Below are positions 10,758 through 19,125 of a stretch of DNA of 47,708 bases, in pieces (the first letter of the stretch is position 1; the number at the start of each line of letters is the position of its first letter). The DNA lies in assembly GCA_038245295.1 (NCBI GenBank), contig JBBRSP010000040.1:1-47708 (forward strand). The letters are read 5' to 3'. Below the pieces are notes generated by a model. The model was not told where the DNA came from. It did not search any database and saw only the letters and a program-made list of their open reading frames with translations. Source of the stretch: Candidatus Binatia bacterium. GTDB taxonomy: Bacteria; Desulfobacterota; Binatia; HRBIN30. The translations under genes were made by a program, and so were the position numbers.

Positions 10758-11965
10758 ACAGGGGATTCCGGAAGATCGCGCTGGTCGTTGCCTTGTTTGC
10801 TTCGATCCCTGCGTCGACTTCGCGCGTCAGCGCCGACGATGTTACCGACGCTCACGTGGCGTCGGACGTACCGGCGGCGATCCTCGTCTTTCCAAAAGTC
10901 GTGGTCGACACTGCGGATCCGCCGGCGACCGCGCGCGGTCGCGTCGACACGTTGATTCGGATCAGCAATTCCTCGAATCAGCCTGTATCTATGAAATGCT
11001 TCTGGGTGAATGCGAACGGGCACTGCTCGACGTCTCCATCGACGATCTGCGATCCGAATCTCGTTCCTAAGGATGTTCGGTGTGACGCGAACGCCGTCTG
11101 TCAGCCGGGCTGGCAGGAAACCGACTTCTTGGTCAACATCACCTCGCGTCAGCCCGTCGCTTGGTTGGCGTCGCGCGGCGCCGCCGGCTGTGATCAAGGT
11201 TCACCTCCTGGGGTGCCATGTTTCCCTCTCGACTCCAATGGTATTCCTGGTGGCCCCAACACCAATGCTGGCAGCCGGGTCAATGCCGTTCCCGAAGATC
11301 CATTCGTTGGGGAGCTTAAGTGCTACGCGGTCGACCGTAATGAGGTTCCGAAGAATCTCAATGTTCTGCGCGGCGAGGCGGACATCATCCGCTCGAACAC
11401 CGGCATGGTCGACGCCGAGTCGTACAATGCCATTGGGATTCCAGGCTTGCCGGGTGTCAACGCCAACAATGGCGACAACGCGCTTGTACTCGGTGGCACG
11501 AGCGGTGCCGAATATGCGGGCTGCCCAAACATCTTGATCCTCGATCATTTCTTCGAGGGCGCACGCGATCCGGTCTCGCAACAGACTGTATCGACCAAAC
11601 TCACGTTGGTGCCGTGCTCTGAAAATTTCCTGACGCAATCGCCGGTCCGCACGACCGCGCAGTTTCTTGTCTTCAATGAGTTTGAGCAAAGATTCTCGAC
11701 CAGCAAGCAGGTTGAGTGCTTTAAGGAATCGCTTCTGTCTCTAATTGATACGCGTTCGCCTCAGTCGTCAATCTTCAGTGCGTCCGTTTCTGGGACGCTG
11801 ACCGGGCAAACGCGTATCCGTGGTGTTGCGGACGCGGACCGCGATCACGGCCACACCCTTCTCGGCATTGCTGAGGAGTGCCGTTCCGACGGTGGTGGCT
11901 GCGCGGCGTTCAATCTTCACTTCCACGGAACTAGACCGCAGAGCGATGTGATTCTTCTGCCGTGA
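10754..11965 (+). CDS. Secreted Cys-rich protein of unknown function, paralog type B
   Basis: GTGA overlap with upstream stop, GGAGG RBS; signal-peptide-like N-terminus; shares PAAI.V.PK, PGWQETDF, QP..WLAS, EDP..GEL.C, EYAGCPN.LIL.HFF, LVFNEFEQRFSTSK, GTLTGQTRI, AAFNLH with 13396..14616. Confidence 0.85.
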   Translation: MNRGFRKIALVVALFASIPASTSRVSADDVTDAHVASDVPAAILVFPKVVVDTADPPATARGRVDTLIRISNSSNQPVSMKCFWVNANGHCSTSPSTICDPNLVPKDVRCDANAVCQPGWQETDFLVNITSRQPVAWLASRGAAGCDQGSPPGVPCFPLDSNGIPGGPNTNAGSRVNAVPEDPFVGELKCYAVDRNEVPKNLNVLRGEADIIRSNTGMVDAESYNAIGIPGLPGVNANNGDNALVLGGTSGAEYAGCPNILILDHFFEGARDPVSQQTVSTKLTLVPCSENFLTQSPVRTTAQFLVFNEFEQRFSTSKQVECFKESLLSLIDTRSPQSSIFSASVSGTLTGQTRIRGVADADRDHGHTLLGIAEECRSDGGGCAAFNLHFHGTRPQSDVILLP

Positions 11966-11994
11966 TACAGGGTTCAAAAAAGGGGCCTTTTGAC

Positions 11995-12023
11995 TTGACA
12001 ACATTAGACCCCGCGGATATAAG
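11995..12023 (+). promoter_or_regulatory. Sigma70-type promoter of secreted-protein pair 2
   Basis: TTGACA (11995-12000) - 17 nt - TATAAG (12018-12023); preceded by imperfect dyad TCAAAA..TTTTGA (11974-11993). Confidence 0.75.
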
Positions 12024-12089
12024 GCCGACACTTGATCGAGGGGTTCGCCTAAGCGAAACCGGTGCGGCGTGATCGAAAGGAGGAGGGTA

Positions 12090-13337
12090 ATGCGTAGGCA
12101 GCGAGGGCTAGTTGGGCTCATGGGACTCGCAGCGGTGGCTGGTGCGGCGATACTTGCACAGCCCGCTGTGGCGAGGGTGACCACCGAGCAGAGCGCGTCA
12201 ATCCTGGTGTTCCCGAAGGTTATTGCCGATGGGACGCGCGACACAGTGATTCAGATTACCAACACCTCCAACAACATGCGGCACGCCCATTGTTTCTATA
12301 CGAACGGCGCGCCGACGGTTCAGGGGCTACCAGTGGGGCCGTTAAATCCGCCTCTCTGGACAGAGATCGATTTCGATATTTGGCTCACCAAGCAGCAGCC
12401 GACCCACTGGGTCGTGTCGACCGGTCGACGCGATTCCATCGAGGCGACCTGCCGCGGTGCAGCAACAAATCCCGGGCTCAATTGCAACCCTACTGACAGC
12501 GGCACGCCCAACGCGGACTGCTGCGACGCGGGTTTTGATCCCGGTCGTGTGCCCCCAGTCGTGCCGGATTTCACCGGTGAGCTGAAGTGCATCGAGGTTG
12601 ACGGTAGCGGCTTCCCGGTTGCTGGCAACGCCTTCAAGGGCGAAGCGACGCTTGAGGATATCGCCACCGGCGACGTCTCGAAGTACAACGCTATCGGCCT
12701 GAAGGGCTTTGATACGAATAACATGGACGGTACACTCTGCCTCGGCGGCGGCGTTTCTTCGGCTTGCCCGACGGGTGCCGAATACGAGGCTTGCCCGCAG
12801 TCGTGGATCCTCGATCACCCGGCAGTCGGTGCGTCCGACGCGGCGATCGACAACAACCCGAACGTCTGCAACACGCCTGGGCAGTGCAGCAGCGTGAGCA
12901 CGAACCTAACGGTCGTGCCTTGCACGCAAAACTACGAGACTCAGAGCCCGCCCCCTGTCACCTTGCAGTTCGCTATCACCAACGAGTTTGAACAGACATT
13001 CTCGGCGTCGACGACCGTCGCCTGCTGGGCATCGTACAACCTCGGTGATATCGCTAGCACAACGAACCCCTTCGGTGGGATCAACCCGATCTTCCTGACG
13101 GAGAACGTTGGTGGCTCGACCCTCCAGACCCGCGTGCGCTCCGCTAGCGGAACGCCTCGTGGCATCATGGCGGTGATCGAAGAAACTCACGTCCAGTGCC
13201 CTGCGGGCAACACGGGTTGCGCCGGTGGCGCCGCTAACGCTGTTGCGCGCTCCGCGCAGAACGGCCACAACAGCTTCGCGGACCAAGCAGGTCAGGACGT
13301 CATCACGATTCCGGCCGAACAAATTCAGGTTCCGTGA
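12090..13337 (+). CDS. Secreted Cys-rich protein of unknown function, paralog type A'
   Basis: ATG at 12090 after AGGAGGAGG; signal peptide ...AILAQPAVA|RVTTEQSASILVFPKV; paralog of 9516..10757. Confidence 0.87.
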   Translation: MRRQRGLVGLMGLAAVAGAAILAQPAVARVTTEQSASILVFPKVIADGTRDTVIQITNTSNNMRHAHCFYTNGAPTVQGLPVGPLNPPLWTEIDFDIWLTKQQPTHWVVSTGRRDSIEATCRGAATNPGLNCNPTDSGTPNADCCDAGFDPGRVPPVVPDFTGELKCIEVDGSGFPVAGNAFKGEATLEDIATGDVSKYNAIGLKGFDTNNMDGTLCLGGGVSSACPTGAEYEACPQSWILDHPAVGASDAAIDNNPNVCNTPGQCSSVSTNLTVVPCTQNYETQSPPPVTLQFAITNEFEQTFSASTTVACWASYNLGDIASTTNPFGGINPIFLTENVGGSTLQTRVRSASGTPRGIMAVIEETHVQCPAGNTGCAGGAANAVARSAQNGHNSFADQAGQDVITIPAEQIQVP

Positions 13338-13395
13338 CCGCGGCTTCTGCTGAATGAGCATGCAGCATCCAAGGAAAGCGGAAAGGAGATTAGCT

Positions 13396-14616
13396 ATGCG
13401 TAAGGTGCGATGGGCAGGCTGGACGGTGGCGGCCGCTACGGCACTCCTGATGGGGCAAACAAAGTCGGCGGTTGCGCAAACGGCGGCGATCGAATCCGAC
13501 AAGCCGGCTGCAATTGTTGTCTATCCTAAAATCACTGTAAACTCGGACAGTGGCGTCGAAACCACAGTCCGACTTGCGAACACAAACCAGACGAATCCGG
13601 TTCTGGCTCACTGCTTCTATCTCGATGCGAACTCGCATTGCTCAAACGACCCGACCACTATCTGTACCGACAATCCGACTGTTTGCAGTGGAATCGGTGG
13701 CACGGGCTTGTGTCTGCCTGGCTGGCAGGAGACGGACTTCCGAATCCTCCTTACGCCTGGGCAGCCGATCGAGTGGCTCGCTTCCGTCGGCTTGGCTGAT
13801 AGCGACTTGCCGCTCCCCACGGGTGCATGCAGCCGTAACCCATCCAAGACTTGCGGTAGCGACGCTGATTGCAACCCGTTCCCGGGCGGACCGTGTACGG
13901 CAAGCAACGCCGGCACAAGGATCCCGCCGGTAGCTGAAGATCCATACGCCGGTGAACTCCGCTGCATCGTGATCGATGCCAATGGCAACCCGATCGCTCG
14001 CAACGACCTCAAAGGCGAAGTGCTGATCACGACCAACTCAGTAAACGACGCTGACGTCGCCAGCTACAACGCATTGGGCGTTCAAGCCACCGGAAACTCT
14101 GATGGTAACCCGAACACGCTTACGTTAGGCGGCTCTGCCGGGGAGTACGCCGGCTGCCCGAACTACCTGATCCTAAACCACTTCTTCGATGACGCTAACG
14201 ACCCCATCCCGGGCTCGAATGCTTCGATCACGACGAACTTGGTTTTGGTTCCTTGTTCCGCCGACTACCTGCGCCAAGTTCCCGGCCTAGCGGTTGCACA
14301 GTACCTGGTCTTCAACGAGTTTGAACAACGCTTCTCGACCTCGAAGTCGGTTCGTTGCTACCAGGATATTCAGCTCTGCAACATCGATACACCCAACTGC
14401 GATCGTTCGATCTGGAATGTCGGTACGGCCGGCACGCTGACGGGACAGACCCGCATCAACCCGATCGGCGTAGCGTCGACGAACCCGCCGAGCGTCGCAA
14501 GCGGACTCCTCGGTGTCGCCGTCGAGACGCACAGTGGAACCCTGACCCGCAGCGCTGCGTTCAACCTTCATATGCAGGGTGCTCGTGAGCAGGCTGATAC
14601 GATCACGATCCCGTAA
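13396..14616 (+). CDS. Secreted Cys-rich protein of unknown function, paralog type B'
   Basis: ATG at 13396 after AAGGAG; signal peptide ...QTKSAVA|QTAAIESDKPAAIVVYPKI; paralog of 10754..11965. Confidence 0.87.
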   Translation: MRKVRWAGWTVAAATALLMGQTKSAVAQTAAIESDKPAAIVVYPKITVNSDSGVETTVRLANTNQTNPVLAHCFYLDANSHCSNDPTTICTDNPTVCSGIGGTGLCLPGWQETDFRILLTPGQPIEWLASVGLADSDLPLPTGACSRNPSKTCGSDADCNPFPGGPCTASNAGTRIPPVAEDPYAGELRCIVIDANGNPIARNDLKGEVLITTNSVNDADVASYNALGVQATGNSDGNPNTLTLGGSAGEYAGCPNYLILNHFFDDANDPIPGSNASITTNLVLVPCSADYLRQVPGLAVAQYLVFNEFEQRFSTSKSVRCYQDIQLCNIDTPNCDRSIWNVGTAGTLTGQTRINPIGVASTNPPSVASGLLGVAVETHSGTLTRSAAFNLHMQGAREQADTITIP

Positions 14617-14644
14617 CTTCCTGTAACTCTCTCGCTAGACGATG

Positions 14645-14674
14645 GGGCCGCGGACTAAGTCCGCGGCCCTTTTT
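14645..14674 (+). terminator. Rho-independent terminator closing the four-gene cluster
   Basis: GGGCCGCGGAC-TAA-GTCCGCGGCCC perfect 11-bp stem followed by TTTTT. Confidence 0.9.
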
Positions 14675-14874
14675 CGTTTTGCGATACCAAATCCGCTCGA
14701 TCCGCCCGGCGGACCGGCCAGGGCCACCGACCACCGCTCGTCGGCTGCCTACAGGGCCCGCTGAGGTCACCGTGGTGTTGTGCCAGCTCGAGCTCGGGTT
14801 CGGACAACTGGGTTCGCTGGGTACCGGCGAGGCTGCGCACCGGGAGTGCGGAAGCGCATCTGCGGGCGGGCGAG

Positions 14875-15822
14875 TCAGTGGGGAAGGTGCGCTGCGACCC
14901 ACTCGACGACGCTGCGCTCGAGATGGACGTCGTTCAGGGCGTTGATCTCCTGAAGTCCGGTGGGACTCGTGACATTGACCTCGGTCAGGTAGTCGCCGAT
15001 CACGTCGATCCCTACAAACGTGAGCCCGGCTGCCTGCAGGGCTGGGCGGAGGCGTGTGCAGATTGTGAGATCGCGCGGCGTCAGTGCCGCCTTTACGCAG
15101 TTCCCACCCACGTGAATGTTGCCGCGGTGCTCGTCGATGGCTGGCACCCGTAGAACCGCACCGAGCGGGGTGCCATCGAGCAGGATAATCCGCTTGTCGC
15201 CATTTCTCACTTCGGGAATGTACCGCTGAGCCATAATGAGGCGAGTACCGTTTTGTGTGGACATCTCCAGAATCGAGCCTGTGTTGCGATCCTCATGTTG
15301 AATGAGGAAAACGCCGGCGCCGCCGCACCCATCCAGCGGCTTGACGATCATCTGGCCTCCGAGATGGTGGAGGAAGGCACGGAGCCGGTGCACGTTGCTC
15401 GTGACGAGAGTGTCTGGGATGAGGTCCTCGAACCTCAGGGCGAATAGCTTCTCGTTGGCGTCCCGGAGCGCAGCGGGACTGTTGAGGACGAGAGTCTTGG
15501 CGGGATCGGCGAAGCTCAAGATGTGGGTCGCGAAGAGGTAGGCGGCGTCCACAGGCGGATCCTTGCGCATGAAGATGGCCGCATAATCGCTCAACGGTAC
15601 CTCGCGGGGACTCTCGGTGGAGAAGTGTGGCACTTGACGCGCCACAATGGTTGGCCTGGCGTCGGCGAACGGTTGTCCCGCTCGCAGGTAGAGATCGCCC
15701 ACCAAGACAGTGTGCACCTGGTCGCCGCGGCGGAGGGTTTCGAGCATGAGGACGAAGGTGGTGTCCTTGTCAGGATCGATTCCGGCTAGAGGGTCCATGA
15801 CGAATAGGAATTGCTTTGGCAT
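14875..15822 (-). CDS. gshB: Glutathione synthetase
   Basis: FLFVMDP...KDTT, FMRKDPPVD, RDANEK, IVKPLDGCGGAGVF, GDKRI, RGNIHVGG, GIDVIGDYLTEVNVTSPTG; start chosen at MPKQ. Confidence 0.94.
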   Translation of the reverse strand: MPKQFLFVMDPLAGIDPDKDTTFVLMLETLRRGDQVHTVLVGDLYLRAGQPFADARPTIVARQVPHFSTESPREVPLSDYAAIFMRKDPPVDAAYLFATHILSFADPAKTLVLNSPAALRDANEKLFALRFEDLIPDTLVTSNVHRLRAFLHHLGGQMIVKPLDGCGGAGVFLIQHEDRNTGSILEMSTQNGTRLIMAQRYIPEVRNGDKRIILLDGTPLGAVLRVPAIDEHRGNIHVGGNCVKAALTPRDLTICTRLRPALQAAGLTFVGIDVIGDYLTEVNVTSPTGLQEINALNDVHLERSVVEWVAAHLPH

Positions 15823-15849
15823 GCCTGGTCTCCTTGTGGGCAAAAGTCC

Positions 15850-16608
15850 TCAGCAGATTGTAGGGCGGTCTCCGCGCGGCGCCAGGTCACCCCACCAGAG
15901 TTGGCAGGATGCCGCTGCGACCACGGCCGCCGTGGATGCGCGTAGTATCCGCGGGCCCAAGGTCATGATGGGCAATCCCTGAGCCCGCGCCGCGTTCCGC
16001 TCGGCGTCGGAGAAGCCGCCCTCGGGCCCGAGGATTACTAGTACGGCCGCCTCGGAAAGGGGTCCGACGGGATGGAGAGGCGCAATGGCAGCGTCGTCTG
16101 CCGGCTCCGAGAAGAGAATACGGCGTGCGCTCGTACCGACTTCGATCACGGTTTTGAAGCTGTTATGGTCGACGATTTCCAACACTGAGCCTCGGCCGCA
16201 TTGGACAGCCGCCTCTTGCGCGACGCGCTCTAATCGTTCGCGCCGGTGCGGCGATCCCGAGGCGATACTGTGGTCGGAGTCAAAGAGCCAGAGGCGTCGC
16301 ACCCCGAGCTCACTCACCTTTTCGACAACGTCTTCGAGTGCCGACCCTTTGAGCCACGCGATGGCGAGAGTGAGATCGAGAGTCGAGTCACGAGATTGAA
16401 CACAGCCAGGGGCAAGTTCGAGGTCGATCTCCGATGTGCCGACCTTTACAACGATACCGGCCCTGAGCAGGCCGCAGCCGTCGCTGAGTTCGACCTTCTC
16501 CCCGATTCGCAGTCGCCTTGCACGGGCGTGCGGTAACAACGCCCCACGTATTCGGGCCGTGCCGTCGTCGGGGCTGAGTTCCGGGAGGATGAACCGATGG
16601 CGACCCAC
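15850..16608 (-). CDS. rsmE: 16S rRNA m3U1498 methyltransferase RsmE
   Basis: VVEKVSELGV, EAAVQCGR, ILGPEGGFSDAE, LGPRILRASTA (SPOUT motifs); follows prmA. Confidence 0.92.
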   Translation of the reverse strand: MGRHRFILPELSPDDGTARIRGALLPHARARRLRIGEKVELSDGCGLLRAGIVVKVGTSEIDLELAPGCVQSRDSTLDLTLAIAWLKGSALEDVVEKVSELGVRRLWLFDSDHSIASGSPHRRERLERVAQEAAVQCGRGSVLEIVDHNSFKTVIEVGTSARRILFSEPADDAAIAPLHPVGPLSEAAVLVILGPEGGFSDAERNAARAQGLPIMTLGPRILRASTAAVVAAASCQLWWGDLAPRGDRPTIC

Positions 16609-16619
16609 AGGTACCTATT

Positions 16620-17462
16620 TCAGCCCATTCGTCGCCACGATTGCACCACCCAAGAATCGACACATGTCCGATACTCCATCTGTAATCCCGTCTTGGATGC
16701 TGCTGCACTAACGCGAGCTTCGTCCGCGACGAGGAGCCCGGCGCAGACCAGGAGACCGCCAGGTTCGAGGAGCAACCAGAATTGGGGGATCTTCTCCACC
16801 AACAGATCCGCGAAAAGGTTGGCAGCAATCAGCCCAAAAGAATGCAACGGAGTCGCACTACCGTTCATCACCGAGATCTCGTTGCGGACGCCATTCAGTG
16901 TGGCGTTGGCCTCGGCGGCGGCGCATGCTTCGGGGTCGATATCGACGGCGTAGGCTTGCCGTGCCCCCAGACGAAGAGCCGCAATTGCCAGAATGCCCGA
17001 ACCACAGCCGTAGTCGAGAACGCTAGCGAGAGGCCGGGCCAGGCATTCGCGTTCAATCTGGCCTAAGCACCCACTCGTCGTCGCATGATGGCCGGTTCCA
17101 AACGCCATCCCGGGATCAATGACGATCCTTTCTCGTCCTGCCGAGGGTGTCCTGTCCCACGGCGGCACAATCAGGATGCGTTCGCCGATTTCTACCGGCG
17201 GAAAGTATTCCTTCCAATTCTCGGCCCAGTTCTCCTCGGCAATCTGTGCTTGTGTGAGAGAGAAGGGCGCCCCGAGTGATGCGCAATATGCGGCCAGTGG
17301 GTCCGTCGAAATCGGAGCCGCGAAGTGTCCGGTGACGACGACTCTGTCATCGTGCGCCTCGAGAATGGTCCCGGGGGCACCCGATTCGTGGAGGAAGTTG
17401 GCCACGAGGTCAGCGAACTCGCTGCCGACCTCGACGCGGATCTCTTGCCAAGTGCGGCTCAC
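16620..17462 (-). CDS. prmA: Ribosomal protein L11 methyltransferase
   Basis: ENWAENWKEYF, IDPGMAFGTGHHATT, VLDYGCGSGILAIAA; start uncertain (17462 GTG or 17498). Confidence 0.93.
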   Translation of the reverse strand: MSRTWQEIRVEVGSEFADLVANFLHESGAPGTILEAHDDRVVVTGHFAAPISTDPLAAYCASLGAPFSLTQAQIAEENWAENWKEYFPPVEIGERILIVPPWDRTPSAGRERIVIDPGMAFGTGHHATTSGCLGQIERECLARPLASVLDYGCGSGILAIAALRLGARQAYAVDIDPEACAAAEANATLNGVRNEISVMNGSATPLHSFGLIAANLFADLLVEKIPQFWLLLEPGGLLVCAGLLVADEARVSAAASKTGLQMEYRTCVDSWVVQSWRRMG

Positions 17463-17553
17463 CCAGCGCGCTATCGCACAGCCTACCGCGCCAATCAACG
17501 CGGCATTCCCCGTACTTCTTGCGTCGAGTATCGTCGGACACTAAGAGTCGCGC

Positions 17554-18279
17554 GTGCCTCAACACGTTCGCAGGATTGCCCACCGCGGCGCCTCGGCCTA
17601 CGAGCCCGAACACACCCGGAGCGCCTTTCGTCGCGCCATCGAGATTGGCGTCGACATGATCGAGCTCGACGTGCACCTCAGTGCCGATCGCGAACTCGTC
17701 GTAATCCACGATGCAACCCTAGAACGAACGACCAATGGCCGCGGAGCCGTACGCGACCATTCGATGGCCGAGTTGAAGAAACTCGATTCCAGCAGTTGGT
17801 TCGGCGCCGTCGGGGGCTCGTCGATCCTTACCCTCGCGGAAGTCATCGATCTGCTTCCCGACGCGGTTCATCTCAACGTGGAGATCAAATCCCCGGAAGA
17901 GGATTGGGCGGGCACGGCGCAAGCTCTCGCCTCGTTGCTTGAGGCAAGACAACGCCTATCGAGCACGATCGTGTCGTCGTTTTTGTTCGGCGCCCTGACC
18001 GCTGCTCGCCGAGCCTCCGCGGCGATCGCCATTGGTGTCCTTTGGCATTTGACGGACCTCGAACCTGCGTTTGATCTGGCAAAGGACATTGATGCTGTTG
18101 CATTGCACCCGTATTGGCCGCTGGTGGATGCTCCACTCATACAACGCGCCCACGACGCCGATCTCAGAGTGCTTGCGTGGACCGTCAACGATCCCGCCGA
18201 CATGCACAAGCTAATCGAGTTGGGTGTTGACGGCATTATCAGCGATTATCCCGATCGTCTGCGCTCCGTGGTGGCCTGA
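17554..18279 (+). CDS. Glycerophosphodiester phosphodiesterase (GDPD family)
   Basis: IAHRGAS...PEHT, IELDVHLS, VVIHD..LERTT, NVEIK, WTVND, GVDGIISDYPD. Confidence 0.92.
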   Translation: MPQHVRRIAHRGASAYEPEHTRSAFRRAIEIGVDMIELDVHLSADRELVVIHDATLERTTNGRGAVRDHSMAELKKLDSSSWFGAVGGSSILTLAEVIDLLPDAVHLNVEIKSPEEDWAGTAQALASLLEARQRLSSTIVSSFLFGALTAARRASAAIAIGVLWHLTDLEPAFDLAKDIDAVALHPYWPLVDAPLIQRAHDADLRVLAWTVNDPADMHKLIELGVDGIISDYPDRLRSVVA

Positions 18280-18385
18280 CGTCTTGATCCCATCATCCAA
18301 AACCACTAGTGTCCCGCGCCTGCTGGAAAACTCGTTCGGTCCAGCACAATGGCCATCCCAGTTTGGGAGGGGGTGACTTTAAAAA

Positions 18386-18583
18386 ATGGCAGGTGTTCGA
18401 GTTAAAGATAACGAACCCATCGAAAGCGCCATTCGTCGCTTCAAGAAGCAATGCGAGAAAGCCGGAATTCTCGCCGAGCTTCGTAAGCGCGAGCACTATG
18501 AGAAGCCGAGTGTAAAACGCAAAAAGAAGGCACTCGCGGCAAAAAAGCGCTATCTGCGTCGTGTCGCGCGCAGCGGCTTTTAA
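18386..18583 (+). CDS. rpsU: 30S ribosomal protein S21
   Basis: [45 protein letters not shown]. Confidence 0.97.
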   Translation: MAGVRVKDNEPIESAIRRFKKQCEKAGILAELRKREHYEKPSVKRKKKALAAKKRYLRRVARSGF

Positions 18584-18628
18584 ACCACTTGCATCTTCCC
18601 CGCTTGGAGGGCTAGGTCGGAACGACAG

Positions 18629-19123
18629 ATGATGAATCCCGTCGACCTAGCCCTCGTTTTTTGTCTACTCCTCGCGGGTCTGCGCGGTGCATTGCGCGGC
18701 TTCTTCCGCGAGAGCCTTGGTCTCCTCGGGCTCATCGCCGCATTTGCTGCCGCCTTTGCGTTCGCCGGCAGGGGAGTCGATCTACTGCGCACCTATGCGG
18801 CTCTCTCGGCGCCTCCATCTGTGCAAAGTGGCGTAGCCTTCGTAGCGATCTTTGTCGCAGTCGAACTCTCGGCAAACTTGGTGGGCTATGTTCTCGAGCG
18901 CGTCGCTACGGCGCGCGGGTTTCAGACGATCAGCCGAGCTGGAGGTGCACTGCTCGGTGTGGCGAAGGGCGCCGTTTTTGTTTCGGTGGTAGCCCTGTTT
19001 GTCTTCTTGTTCCAAGGCACCTCACCCATCGGCGTGAAGGTTGGTACGTCGACTCTGGTCCGCCCACTGCTGAATGCCGCGGCCAATGCGATTCGAGTCT
19101 CTGCCACGGCGCCGGAGTCTTGA
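18629..19123 (+). CDS. cvpA: CvpA-family membrane protein
   Basis: MNPVD...LRGALRGFFRE...; four hydrophobic segments; SRAGGALLGVAKG. Confidence 0.8.
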   Translation: MMNPVDLALVFCLLLAGLRGALRGFFRESLGLLGLIAAFAAAFAFAGRGVDLLRTYAALSAPPSVQSGVAFVAIFVAVELSANLVGYVLERVATARGFQTISRAGGALLGVAKGAVFVSVVALFVFLFQGTSPIGVKVGTSTLVRPLLNAAANAIRVSATAPES

Positions 19124-19125
19124 CG

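Noticed and set aside
9516..14616. Four Cys-rich proteins as multiheme cytochromes or Fe-S proteins
   Set aside because: No CxxCH or ferredoxin-type Cys patterns; signal peptides and Cys spacing fit disulfides better
18661..19125. 155-aa N-terminal extension of DnaG
   Set aside because: Overlaps cvpA in another frame; primase homology starts at ATG 19126
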